The notes below the pieces were generated by a model, which saw nothing but the letters and a program-made list of their open reading frames with translations, was not told the origin of the DNA and did no database searches. A stretch of DNA of 64,000 bases from Strigamia acuminata (Eukaryota): positions 4,340,001 to 4,404,000 of the forward strand of contig OX442314.1 of NCBI GenBank assembly GCA_949358305.1, in the 5' to 3' direction. Both the position numbers and the translations under genes were made by a program. How positions within the stretch are numbered: the first letter of the stretch is position 1; each line of letters starts with the position of its first letter. Below, piece by piece: positions 23,223 to 36,600 of the stretch.

Positions 23223-24998
23223 AGTCCCACCCATGGTAAAAAAATAAGTTACGTAACATTATTGCGAACCCCCCCCCCCTCCCCCGTCGTAACAATCCGT
23301 AACAAAATTTGAAACTTTCCCCCCGCCGTAAGGCATTATGTAATTTATTGATGGTTCCTTATATCACCAGGCTTGGTGCCTTAGATGGAAAACCAGATGT
23401 AACAAAAGATTTTACCTGCAGGTCAGTTTGTTTTTCAATGCTTTAAACAAGCACTTTTGGTAGCAATCTCTGAATTCGTTTTCATTGGAGCATGGATCTT
23501 TTGAGGAGTTGAGAAATACATACTAAAATTTAAAATAGACTGAATTAGATGTTACTTTGAATCAAGTTCTTGTTACTTTGTCATAACCCAAATTCATGTT
23601 CGTTGTTGCACCACCGATTTTGCGCATATTTAAGAAGACTTTTCCAAAATTGTATAATGTCAACATTATCTAAACAAAAAGGAAAGAGAATTATCAGAAT
23701 TATGTTGTCATTGGCATGTATTTTTTTAATATTACCCGGTATCCAGATGACGGGCATACATCGTGATAAAAATTTTCAAAATTGACTGTTAATGATTTTC
23801 CAACAAATGATTTACTAGAATTCTCATCTAACCAAAAGCAAAAGATATTTTTTTTTACTTTTAAGCAATAATATGTGTATGAGGCTTACAGCCTATATTT
23901 ATATACAGTATCAAGAACGGACTGCAGATAAAACATCCGGTAAACTGTATACAGTTAACCGGTTGTTTCCATTAAAGTTTACCAATTAATTATATCTTTG
24001 GAATAATTGCAGGATATTTTTAGAGGCAGCATTGTAATGGCCACCAAGCATTTCCTGTTTACAGTAACAATGGTAACAAATTCACACTATCTCTAATTGT
24101 TACAAAAATTATTCAACTGATACATTCTTGAGTGACCATTATTTACTATCTGTAGTATTTACTAAATTTAAATGCTGAGCAAATTCCGAAATAGCTATCG
24201 ATTTCCATCTGGACAAAGCTGTTGTTTGTATATCCCTAAGGAAGTTTAACTGATCAGTTATTTTATTGTTTATAATAGTTTTTAATTTTTGCTTTTACTT
24301 TCATTTTTATGCTGACTATTTCCTTTGTCAAATTGGTTGCATTCCAAACTTCATCCATACGTTGAGTTGGGGTTGCCATAAGAGTTTTCACCATGTTTAG
24401 GCAATCAAATGATTTAAGGTTGCCCGATTTGTCCACTTCTAAAGTTTTGCTATTTGCATTGGTTTTATTCCAAAGCCTAGCAATTTCTTTTGTATGTCCA
24501 CTACAGATCATCAAGTACGGCAAAATGACATCTTCCGGTCCACTCGATACGTCAGCAGCCGTAGGATAACTTAAGTAATGCATTACTCTATCGTGTGCCT
24601 GATAAGTGAGAATGCTTGTGCAAAATACGAACAATAGAAGCCACAAGGGGTGATGGTTGTTCCACTGTTGTTTATTGTTAATGAAATCATCCAAACCTGT
24701 TAATTGGCAAACCGGTTTCTTCGCATCATCTCTCATTAATCGATGAATTTTTAGACGTAGTTTTCCGTTTCTTCTTGTGGTTTTATTATTCTCCATAATT
24801 TTGATTATTCGCACGACAAACTAGGAATTAAAAAAAACCGAGTGTATAATAAGTACATTTATCCAGTTGACCAATCCTATTGCAGTCGACCTTGTATAGT
24901 AACACCATCTTGTGAATTTAGAATCCGTTAGGCAGAAGATATATTGTGTGCTTTTGAGTTGAGTAGGAACCTGAAGTTACTGCTGTTAGACTCTTGCT

Positions 24999-25070
24999 AA
25001 GTTCAAGGTGAACTGACAACACGTGTGTATTCATACTTAGTTTCCCAGCAACATGTTGGCTGATTATAGG
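24999..25070 (-). promoter_or_regulatory. Conserved upstream block of copy B (putative promoter)
   Basis: Same block as upstream of A, C and D. Confidence 0.6.
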
Positions 25071-26404
25071 TCATTGCAATCTTCTTTGTTCTGCTATTCA
25101 GAAGTTAATTGGAAAATTGTGGGTCGAATTATTGATGTTGTGATAGGGAAAAGCGAGAAAAACCGATAATGACTTTAGGAACTTGGCAACGTTTGCGACT
25201 TTTTTATTTGTCGTCTATTTTTGGTTGGTGGTCAAATGACCATCAATAAAATAGAGTGCAAAGTTGGAGTGTTGGGTCAAGGTTTTGAAATCTGAGCCTT
25301 TCACCTCCACTTTATTAGAATCTTATCTTTTCCAAACTGCAAAAAATAAAATCTACCAACCATGGTTTTCATGCCAACTCACATCAGCAGCAATCCAAGT
25401 CACATCTGTAAGTAACTAAAAGATCAAACATGAAAGTGCACCTGACTTGTGTCGCGTCCTACTTCGTAAAGGTTAAGATACTCTGTACTTAAGTGAGCTA
25501 ACGTGTGATACTTTACCTGTGATCTATTATGTAAATACCCAAATGAATACTAAATGTATGTAAATGAACAAGTAATTTATTCAATAGGCGTTATGCCTTA
25601 AAATACACTCAGTAACAATTCTAGAGTCGTCTCGGTCAGAGTCGAAAAAAGGATTTCTCAAGATGGCGTCCTTAGTTCCGCGTGGTCGGCAGAACAATGG
25701 TGGCATCTGGAGTTGTCGTTAATTAGTCACGGATTCGTCGTTCACGGACGCGGTAGAATGCTCTTTCGAGTCTTCTATCCGTGCCTGTTGTCTAGGGATT
25801 AAGTTTAGCGTCTCAAGGCTTTGACCGGGAACTGGAGGGTTCCTTACAAAGCGCTCGGACACTTCGGTGGCGGAATAATCGTAGGGCGATTATTTGATGT
25901 GAATTCACAAGGACTATTCTCTGGCTTTCGCTGGAATAGTTCTCAGGTAAATTCGTGAGAGTTACAGTTGCACTTTACTCAGCGAACCTCAATCAATCCT
26001 AACTTGTATTTGAAGTTGGCCTGACGGTGAGGTAGTTGTTCTTTTCTTGGTGTCGTTTGTGTAAGTTCTGTCTTTAGGCAGAAAACTCCACTTTTTATAC
26101 ACTGGGGTGAGGGGCCAGTTACAGCCAATAGGGGCTGACTACCGCCCACTTCACTCCCCTCAGAGCAGGCGCTTCCCAGGGGGGAAAGGCAGAGCCAACG
26201 CGAGGGGAACGACCCGTCCACTACAGTGACTCAGAAGGATGATATCCACTCGGGAGGACAATCACCCAACTGGGTCACCACACATACAGTTGCAAGAAGA
26301 CTCACATGAGTTGAGAAAAACAGTTTTTATTTCTCCCCCGCAAGAATTGTAAGAAAAACTGTGAATAGAGTGTTGGTGTTCAAATACGCTCCAAATTTGC
26401 GTCG

Positions 26405-26876
26405 AGATTTTGGCATTTATCATTGCCCCAAAAATGAAATTAGCGCTTACGTTTTGGCTCTTTTCTTTGCCCCAAAATATAATAAAATTAGCGGAAACAA
26501 TTTGGTATTTATCATCATCCCAAAATATATAAAATTAGCGCTTACATTTTGGCTCTTCTCTTCGCTCCAAAATATAATAAAATTAGCGGAAACATTTTGG
26601 TATTTATCATCGCCCCAAAATATATAAAATTAGCACTTTCATTTTGGCTCTTCTCTTCTCCCCCAAAATATAATAAAATTAGCGGAAACATTTTGGTATT
26701 TATCATTACCCCAAAATATATAAAATTAGCGCTTACATTTTGGCTCTTCTCTTCGCCCCAAAATATAATAAAATTAGCGGAAACATGTTGGTATTTATCA
26801 TCGCCCCAAAATATATAAAATTAGTGCTTACGTTTTGGCTCTTCTCTTCGCCCCAAAATATAATAAAATTAGCGGA
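26405..26876. repeat. Tandem array with about 95-bp period, built from two alternating 47/48-bp related monomers
   Basis: AATTAGCGGAAACA recurs at about 26487, 26581, 26677 and 26772. The monomers share GCCCCAAAATAT..AAAATTAGCG..TTTTGG. Confidence 0.9.
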
Positions 26877-27599
26877 TGTGGAGTTTCACGACTCTCCCAA
26901 ACAGACAATTCAGAGCTATTACCGCAATATTGCCCATCCCTTCGCGTTTGAATTTATTCACGCTCAAACCAAGTAGAAAGAAAAACGTATATCGAATGTT
27001 GATTGGGATTTTATTTGCGCCCCACAGCGACGAATGCTACGGCGTAACGTTTTCTATTTGCTGGAGTCACACTAGTTTTTACTCCTGTCAAAAACGTCAA
27101 ATGCGTGTTAAGGATTCCCCAGCATCCGCTTTGCTCTAGCATCGTCATCTTACCTTAACACCACCATGATCGTGATAATCATGATGAGGCAAGAATTTTT
27201 GGTCTCTCTGCCTCAGACTAAGATTGAAGGGAAATTGGCAGAGAAAACCTGAACCAGGATAATGTCGAGACATTGCCGAAGTGCATTAGGTCCACACCTC
27301 ATCAGCGTCAAACATAACCTAATTCGGGTACGAAAATAGAGTAGCGATAGGATAAAAAATAAGGAAAAAGTGTATTTGTGTTTCACATTTGGGAAAAGGG
27401 TTCCACACAAAACACTGAAAAGTAAAAGATAAAGTGTTGAATTCTCGGTCTCTTTTCAAAGCCGTTAGCACCCAATTCGTATTTGCAAACATTCCACGCT
27501 CGGTTTGAATACAAACAACGTTAGGCACGTCATCAAAGTAGTCCCCACTACCGTTAGGACCGTGACAGCGGACACTTCTCTCCCGATCGCCTCACGTCC

Positions 27600-27744
27600 G
27601 CACCTTCTGCTCTCCCAGCAACGTCTCTTTCTCACCACACCCTCCTCCCCAGCTAGGCCAGTCCATTCTGTGAGGGGGACGGCTTGGGGCCACTAGGCGG
27701 TGTGTGGAGTAACGCAGGTCACCGAGGGTGGCCAAGCGGTAACA
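27600..27744 (-). mobile_element. Partial inverted relative of repeat family X
   Basis: The reverse complement reads TGTTACCGCTTGGCCACCCTCGGTGACCTGC, matching the family X start. Confidence 0.6.
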
Positions 27745-27874
27745 TTGGCATGAAAACAATGTAAAAGTTTATTTTGTAAATAAAATAAACATTTTATAAT
27801 CAAATCAAAAATAATTACAATATTCTAATCATTTTTACACTAAAATAATTGAAATAAACTAAACTGCTTTGCTT

Positions 27875-28716
27875 TGTACATAAGTAAAGTCTATAGTTAG
27901 GGGCAATAAGGCTTAGCTAACGAGAGTTAGGACATCCTTGTACTTGTGACCAACCCAGTCTCTCCCAGTCACCCCCTACACCCTCGAACCCCTGACTGAC
28001 CACAACTGGCCACCAGGAGGCGTCCTACGACACCCTCGTTCACCCTTTACTTTGTATATAATATCTATCACTTCCGGAATAAAACATATTTGTCTAAGCC
28101 TTACAACCACGCGGTCGCTTCTTTACCCTTACATGGCGCAGTCAACGATTCGCACCTGAAATTCGATTATCCCGCACACGCTTCATACACGCTTCACACA
28201 CGCTTTATATACGACGCACGCCGCACAAAACACGACGCACGACGCACGATATACGACGCACGACGCTCGACCACGCACGCTCAACCGACGATCGCACACG
28301 ATTTTCCCGACGCACGACGCGCGACCACGCACGCTCAACCGACGATCGCACACGATTTTCCCGACGCACGAGAACTCACGCAACCCGCACAATGGCCGAC
28401 CTCAACACATCGGTAACAATAGACAACGCAAGTGAGGCGCACCTGCTACGCTCCACGAACGAGAACATTATAAAACGTTTTACCCTCGCCGAACTCCGCA
28501 CCGAATGCAACTTCCGCCAAATCGCGACGCCGGCTAACAAAAAAAAAACGAAGGCGCTCCTTGTCGAGCTCGTCCTCAAGAACAACAGGGTGCTCGCCGA
28601 CGACGCAGCTAGCCACCAGTCGGACGAATCGGCCGTTCTTTCCGACGCATCACAACTTTTGCCCGACACACGCTTCGACGATATCGCCACCACTCTCGCA
28701 CTGCTGACGGCGCACG
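27875..28716 (+). mobile_element. 5' fragment of an LTR retrotransposon (LTR about 27875-28133, PBS, CpG-rich leader, gag N-terminus)
   Basis: AATAAA followed by ...CTTACA and PBS TGGCGCAGTC (tRNA-Ser type, as in gypsy-group elements). The ORF from ATG 28392 has a SAP-like segment TLAELRTECNFRQI..KKTKALLVELV. Confidence 0.65.
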
Positions 28717-29702
28717 TGGTGTCCAATTGGATTCTGGTGTCCAATCGGATTCTGGTGTCCAATCGGATTCTGGTGTCCAATCGGATTCTGGTGTCCAATC
28801 GGATTCTGGTGTCCAATCGGATTCTGGTGTCCAATCGGATTATGGTGTCCAATCGGATTCTGGTGTCCAATCGGATTCTGGTGTCCAATCGGATTCTGGT
28901 GTCCAATCGGATTCTGGTGTCCAATCGGATTCTGGTGTCCAATCGGATTCTGGTGTCCAATCGGATTCTGGTGTCCAATCGGATTCTGGTGTCCAATCGG
29001 ATTCTGGTGTCCAATCGGATTCTGGTGTCCAATCGGATTCTGGTGTCCAATCGGATTCTGGTGTCCAATCGGATTCTGGTGTCCAATCGGATTCTGGTGT
29101 CCAATCGGATTCTGGTGTCCAATCGGATTCTGGAGTCCAATTGGATTCTGGAGTCCAATTGGATTCTGGTGTCCAATTGGATTCTGGTGTCCAATTGGAT
29201 TCTGGTGTCCAATTGGATTCTGGTGTCCAATTGGATTCTGGTGTCCAATTGGATTCTGGTGTCCAATTGGATTCTGGTGTCCAATTGGATTCTGGTGTCC
29301 AATTGGATTCTGGTGTCCAATTGGATTCTGGTGTCCAATTGGATTCTGGTGTCCAATTGGATTCTGGTGTCCAATTGGATTCTGGTGTCCAATTGGATTC
29401 TGGTGTCCAATTGGATTCTGGTGTCCAATTGGATTCTGGTGTCCAATTGGATTCTGGTGTCCAATTGGATTCTGGTGTCCAATTGGATTCTGGTGTCCAA
29501 TTGGATTCTGGTGTCCAATAGGATTCTGGTGTCCAATTGGATTCTGGTGTCCAATTGGATTCTGGTGTCCAATTGGATTCTGGTGTCCAATTGGATTCTG
29601 GTGTCCAATTGGATTCTGGTGTCCAATTGGATTCTGGTGTCCAATTGGATTCTGGTGTCCAATTGGATTCTGGTGTCCAATTGGATTCTGGTGTCCAATT
29701 GG
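28717..29702. repeat. 18-bp minisatellite TGGTGTCCAATYGGATTC, about 55 copies
   Basis: Seen directly. C-variant units run to about 29130 and T-variant units follow. Confidence 0.98.
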
Positions 29703-30543
29703 CCGCCACTAATCCTATTGTTCTCTGAACATATATGAACTCTGAATAATCGATGGATTTAATCTCGGCGATTTAATCTCATAGTTACTCGTGCCACGTG
29801 GCAGAATACGACTCCGTAGTGTTATTTGTGACGATGCCGAAGTCAGCTTTATCCCTCAGCCCGCCCGGACACTCAACCCGCAGTTGCGTCCAGTTTACAC
29901 GAACCCAGAACCCGAACTATTTCATGTAGTAAATCTATTCATGACCCGATTCATAAGTCTTGTTTTGTTCCAAGGTATTTTATTTTAGTGTACAATTTCT
30001 CAGCTTATCTCGCATAGGTTATTTATCAGGGTTTAATAGATATTTTATTAGTTAATCTATCTCAAATTTAGAATCGTCACACTTGTAGTGGTCAGTGGTC
30101 TCAAACATTTTTCCACCACTGTATTACATTTCCAAACAGTTACACATATGTTTCTCAACTAGTAAAGATAAAATTTCCAAGTAAAAAATGTATGAGTTTT
30201 CAATAAAAAAATAACAATTTTCCAAAAATAAAATATGAGTTTCCCCAAACATAAATAACAACTTTCAAAATATAAAATTTGATATTTCTATAGTCTCTGT
30301 TACATAGTTTTTTGAATAGAAATTCTAAATGAGTTAAATCTGAAGATAAATCTCAAAATAATTGATAAAAATATTTTGAAAACATTTATTGGACATTAAC
30401 TGTACTGCACAAAGTACCAACAGTCAATATCAGTATATCTTGGTTTTCCGTGTCACAACATCAATAAATTCAACTCATTTTTATCCAACCAATTAACTCC
30501 CGAAAGGCCTGACTGACAAGCAGCGCATAGAGAACTGTACTTA

Positions 30544-30614
30544 TCTATAATCGACCACTATGTTGCTGGGAAACTATGTATGAATACACACGTGTTGTCA
30601 GTTCACCTTGAACT
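30544..30614 (+). promoter_or_regulatory. Conserved upstream block of copy C (putative promoter)
   Basis: X-box-like GTTGCTGGGAAAC at 30562-30574, then CACGTG and Inr-like TCAGTT. Confidence 0.6.
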
Positions 30615-33362
30615 CTGCAAGAGTCGAACAGCAGAAACTACCAACTCAATTCAAAAACACATTCAAAAGCAAAATATCTCTTCTGCATACAGGATTCAAA
30701 ATTCACAAGTCTGTGTCCAAATTTGTCAACATCATAAATGTAATTATAAACCACTCAATCCTTTATACTCATTTGTTGTGCGTATAACCTAATTTAGGTT
30801 ACCTAAGCAATGAGAAGGAACAGAAAACTACGTCTGACAATTCGTCAATTAATGAGAGAAGATGCGAACAAACCAAGCTGCTGTTTATCTGGTTTAAATG
30901 ATTTCATTAGTAGAAAACGACGTTGGAGCAAAATTCACGCTTTATGGCTTCTTTTGTTATTATTTTGCACTTGCATGCTCACATATCAGACATACAATAG
31001 AGTGATGCATTACTTAAGTTATCCTACGGCTGTTGATGTATCGAGTAGATCGGATGACATCGTCTTACCATACATCGCGATCGGCAGTACGAATACAAAA
31101 GAAATTGCTAGGCTTTGGAATAAGAGTAGTGATTTAGACAAAACAGGTCGGATTAATCCATTCCATTGCATAAATGTTATGAAAACTCTTATGTCAAGCC
31201 CAAACTACAAAATGGACGAAGTTTGGAAAGGAACTAATTTGACACCAGAAATAGTGAGCATCAAAATGAAAGTAAAAGAAAAGCAAAAATTAAAAATTAT
31301 CGTGAAGAATAAAATCTAATTATATACACCTCTGCAGGGTTATTCCAACAAAAGCATTGTCCAGACGGAAATAGACAGCCCATTCGGAATGGGCTCAGCA
31401 TTTCGATTTGGTAAGTGATTAATCAACTGCCTTGCTGTGTTCACTTCACTGCATGACCCAATGAACTTAATATTGTTAATACTTGTTAATACTGTTTTCC
31501 CAGCTTTCTTTACGTTTAATTATACTTTATGCAAATAAAATCACTTGTAATTTTACTGTAACAATGATCATATCGTCCATTCGTTATCCGCTATCGTAAA
31601 ATACATTGAGTACAAAGCGTACTATGCCTAAAAGTAAAATAATCTTTTTTCCACCGTGTTTAGATAAGAATTCTAGCAAATCGTTTGTTGGAAAACTACT
31701 AACAGTGAATTTTGAAAAGTTTTATGATGACATCTGCCCAGGAGTTTCATACAGGGTAATATAAAAACCATTGCAATCCAACAGCAACAAGAGAAACAAA
31801 ATTCCTTTTTTTTTTGAACTTTTAGATTGCGCTATCATTATATAATTTTGGAAAAGCATTCTTTACTATATCTAAAACCGACTGGTACAACAGTAAAAAT
31901 AAATTTGAGTTATGACAAAGTAAGATTTAAACTTGATTAAAATGAAACAACTCTTCTAACTCTCGTTTATATTTCAGTACGTGTTTCTCAATTCATCGAA
32001 ACGCCCGTGCTCCAGTGAAAATGAATACAGAGATTGCTACCAAAAGTGCTTGTTCAAAAGATTAGAAAACAACCTGAAATGCAGGTAAAAGCAATTTCTT
32101 CCTAACTAACCCAAAAAATGACATTTTATGACAAATTTGTTTAATTTACTAACAAATGTTATTATAAAGGTTTTTGCTAAATCAAACAACCAAAGCCCTG
32201 CATTTTTGCTCAAAATCAAAGCCACTGAACAAAACCATTATAATTTCATTAAATTCTTTTTTTCTTCTTAAGATTTCCTTTTCTGAAGATGAATTTACCT
32301 CTCTGTGAATGTTCAGATGCTATACACGATCAATACGGCATAGTCAATAAATTAATTGACACCACAGACCCAATTACTACTTGTGCTTGTCGACCTCCAT
32401 GTCAGCAAATGGTTTTCACACCCTATACAGACTCCGGCAAAGCAGATGATAAAAAAATAATGTCTTTGACTTTAGCACTAACCAATGATAAAGTCACCGT
32501 GTACCAAGAGCGGTTCACTTACGACGTTATTGCTTTACTATCTGATTTAGGCGGCAATTTGGGACTATTTCTCGGCCTATCGTTACTTTCATTACCTGAA
32601 ATCACGTGGTATTTATATTTTGTTGTGACAACTAAGCGCAAAATTACCAACCTTGATAAAATTCGACGTCTCTATGAGGAATCCAAGAAAGAAGTCGCTG
32701 AGAGTGAAGAGAAGATCAAAACTAACAGTTTTAAGAAAGTTTAAGTTGCTGATGGTTGTAATTAGTGCAGGATTCACTCTATACTTGTTGCACATTCGTT
32801 TAAACTACTATCTGGAAGAACCTATATCAAAAATCATTACCATAGATCAACGGCGCTACATAGAGTTCCCATCCGTCACACTCTGTGGTGAAAATCGCAG
32901 TGATGAGATGGAACAAGCCAGATTGGAGTTACTCAAAGAGACAAACAAAACTTGCAACGACATATCACCGTGGCAATTGGTCAACAATAAATTGTCATTA
33001 GAAGATATTTGGAAGACCCTAAATGTCCATCGAACACTGAGTTTGAAGAACAAGTTCGGCAAGGTATACGGATTTTAAAAACGTACAATTCATAGTGTAT
33101 GAAATATATATTTACAGTATCTTTTTGGATACACAAAATCACTAAGTATGGCAACGAGTCTCGTCCCACTTCCGTTTGGTTATTGTTCACAAGTTAACAC
33201 AAGTAATTCACATGGAAACGTTATCAGTTCAACTGAATAAGACTGCTATTGGTTGGCATATTTATTGTGTGAATTGAAAAATGACTGTGACAAACAGATA
33301 TGCAACCCAAACAATTTTATTGTCATCCCTACAGGTTGCTGAGAATTGCCACCGGAATTAAC

Positions 33363-33445
33363 ATTAGACACATTGAACTAACCGCCTTTTATTTCTGTTT
33401 ATCTGATAAACAGAAATAAAAGGTGGTTAGTTCAATGTGTCTAAT
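33363..33445. repeat. Near-perfect palindrome with 41-bp arms and a 1-nt spacer
   Basis: 33363-33403 matches the reverse complement of 33405-33445 with one mismatch. Confidence 0.9.
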
Positions 33446-33667
33446 TCAATCATCCCCTTCTTACCTTTTAGGTCTTGCAAGTACAGTCGAAGCTCTTTAT
33501 TACGAATTGCGATATAACGAATTATCCATATAACGAATTGTTAAAAATGTAAAAATGGTTCAAAATTGACAATGGCAAGAAGCCATCAATTGCAGCAGTT
33601 GATTTCAATTTGTCCTGTTTTACAATTTCAACAAATTTAAAGAATCCGGATAAAATTAACAAGATTT

Positions 33668-36600
33668 TGTCACGATTAATTCTAGATGTAATAATTAATT
33701 TAACAAATGTCGCGCAAATGGGAATTTGGCGCAACAGAAATGGGCAAAGTTCGTAGATTTCCCTAAACCTTGTTTCCTTCAAATGAGGACATCCAGAAAC
33801 TCAGGAAACCTAAACTCGCTATGACTTAACATTATTTATAATTAGACATGAATTCGTACCTTTGGGCGGTGTTTAGTTAAAATAAGAATTATGCAAATGT
33901 GTCCGTTTTCAAAAGGAGGGTTGAAATGTGCACAGGCATGTCAAATGATAAAAGATGGCTTAAAATATGGCGCAATAGGGTTAATGGATGGGTTGCGGTG
34001 TTTAGGCGCAAAGAAAGAGATTTGACATTCTCATTCCACCAGACCAGGGTGAAACCTGGTTGTCAGTCTAGATGGAAGAGGAGAAGTGAAGTTATTGTGG
34101 TCAGCAAAGCTATATGTAGCCTCTGATCAGGTGATCAGTGGGCCAAACTATTAGTGTGAATAATTATTTCTAAGAGGAGGGGGAAAGTAGAATTAAATGT
34201 AATTGTTGGAAATAAATGAGATGCGCAAGGAACTCCATGCGCATATATTGTTAAGATGAGTCGGCACAAATGAGTCATTTAGGTTAAATAACATAGGAAA
34301 TAATATATAAGATGTTGGAAGAGTTTAACTAATCAGAAAGAAAGGGGTAAGGTAAAAGAAACATCATGCGCAAAGAATTATTTGCGCCCATTCAAAGTAG
34401 AATAACTTAGGAACACTGAAATGAAATAACAGAGAGAAAAAGGTAGGAATAATATAAATTAAGAAAAATTATAATGAGGTGAAAACCATGCCCATGACAT
34501 CCCCCACCCTTTAAACTTTAATTACTTTTGTTTGTAATTAAGGCAAAAAGAGAGAGCATGCGCACTCAAACGATACAATCATAATCAAAAATCAGAATAA
34601 TCAAAAATAACACAATGAAATCGTAAATAAACAAAAATGATCATGTAACTAACTGAAATGACTACTATAACTCAAAAAGTATTAAGAACAATTCAATATT
34701 CTTTGGACAAGTGACAATGACATGACATGGACGATACGGGAGGACATGCACTTAAAAAGTTATGGGCCAGATATCACATCACATGGACGGACTAAAAGAG
34801 ACTCAAATCAATGGTATTTTTCATGAAATCAACAATAATAAAAGCATATTAAATATCACACAACCTAGAACATCAAATCATAAGAAATAACTTTAAATAA
34901 AATTATAATGAATAAATTCTTAACCCGAGAATGGAAACGAAAAATCGTACTTGATGCTTTAGGTTGATGAATATAACACTGAAAATCAGGATAATTGATA
35001 AAATTAAACAAAATAAATGAATGCACTTCAAAATAAAAGTCTTAATTGTTCGCTAACAGTCTTTTCGAAGCACAAAATTATACTCCGTAATAAATAAAAT
35101 TAAACAAAACACTTCACAACGTTGAATTATCACTGTGATGAAACTTATTGCGCAAAAAACACTTACTGTTTCTAGCAGTTTGTAGAATATTAACACATTT
35201 AAACACAAAGTTATTTGTTGAACACAAAATTTACGGATTTGAATTTGGCGGTCCATCGTTGAGTGATAACCGACGTGATTTCAGCTATCTTCAAATGGTT
35301 TCTAGATGGGCCGGGATCCGTAAATGCTTCAAGGTATTGGAGATAATGTTGACCACTACTTTCTGGGCCTTTTCAAACGTATTAGCCCCCCGAATATGGA
35401 TTTAATTACAGTGGTCGAAGAAATCTCTCATTATACCTTTAGAAGATCAAGTCCAGGAGTGGTTCCATTTCGGTGGGTGGTATGCGCAAATCGGCATCAG
35501 CCAATGAGCGAAACAATTGCTTCTGCATATTGTTCGACATACCAAATTACACGCACACTTGGGTGCCCTGCGAGAAACTGCAAACAGTTCTGGGTGCTGG
35601 TAAAGGGCCGGGCAACAGCTCAAGTGTGATGGTCGGTTTAGAGTCATCCCAACCGTGGTGTCCTTATAAGAACCTGACAGGACAGTTTATAGATGTTTTA
35701 CATGAGAAACGTACTCCCCATCATTGGACTTCTGGAGGGCTGTTGTCACCATTGGTGCTGTGGTGGAAATCCCACAAGTTGTTGGAAAACTGCGCAATGG
35801 GATTTGCGCATTTGTCCAGTGGTCGATTTCAGAAAGCTCACTTTGGGGTTGTTAAAACACAGTGGCACCTCAACAACTCGTGGAACCTATAGATGAATTC
35901 AAGTTATTGATTACATTTGATACCGGGCTAATTGGTATTGAAGTCGTTGGCAGCACACGATGATAATTGGAGATCACATTCGTCTTTGTCGCCTATGATG
36001 GGGCCAAACGATACTTCAATGGCGCCGGCATTCATGCACTTGACGATGGTCTTTTGGTCGTTGCTGCGGGTTGCTAATTGCTGGTTGCTTTAGCCAACGG
36101 ATGGTCTAAATATTTGAATTGCGCATTTAATCGCGCAACCATTGTTCCGAGCGTTGTCTTTCCAGAAATGTCCCTGGCACTTCAATTTAAGTCACAGCTG
36201 GTCCTGAATAATACTGTCCATTGGCGGTGTCCTTGGTCTGGTAACAAGCAAAGGCGGCATTGGTGAATTGTTTGTGTGTTTATTCCCAATTCTATCATTT
36301 GGATTGATGGCTGTTAAATTGGTTTCCATTTGAATGTGCCTATTTATATTAACAAGACGTAGACAGAACAGAACACTCACACAACATATATAATATGTAG
36401 TTTGAAGAATAATTACACATTTCTCAGCACGAACGCTTCGAGAAACCAATTATTATTAAGATCACATCTGTAAGGGGAAAATCATAAACAAGTTGTTGTT
36501 GAGATTACATTTCTATAGTTTAGTATAGAAGAGTAACTTCTAGTGAGAAGATGTAGAAACTCAAAGAATGTTAAACTATGAGAGTTACTTACCACATAGT

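Larger units (their letters stand above)
12071..24796 (-). pseudogene. DEG/ENaC tandem two-subunit gene, copy B (exons 24299-24796, 24163-24235, 23736-23827, 23577-23669, 23416-23522, 14739-15525, remnant 14631-14665, 13783-13865, 12868-12963, 12661-12770, 12071-12467); exon 7 is damaged
   Basis: All 11 exons are identifiable by homology with correct phases. Exon 7 has lost its acceptor and first 50 nt. Intron 5 holds a 7-kb copia. It could still make a protein truncated in the second subunit. Confidence 0.75.

Noticed and set aside
25400..26270. Possible solo LTR upstream of copy B
   Set aside because: The composition is TE-like, but I could not define matching termini or a TSD.
26405..29702. 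Tandem arrays as CRISPR arrays
   Set aside because: There are no unique spacers and no cas genes, and the context is eukaryotic.
28376..29738. Long repetitive ORFs (LDTRIQ, VSNWIL, DSGVQ, WTPESN) as real proteins
   Set aside because: They arise because an 18-bp unit without stops is open in most frames.
32720..32744. Exon 6 frameshift turning copy C into a functional single-subunit channel
   Set aside because: An earlier +1 frameshift in exon 4 already gives a stop. The idea holds only if that indel is an assembly error.
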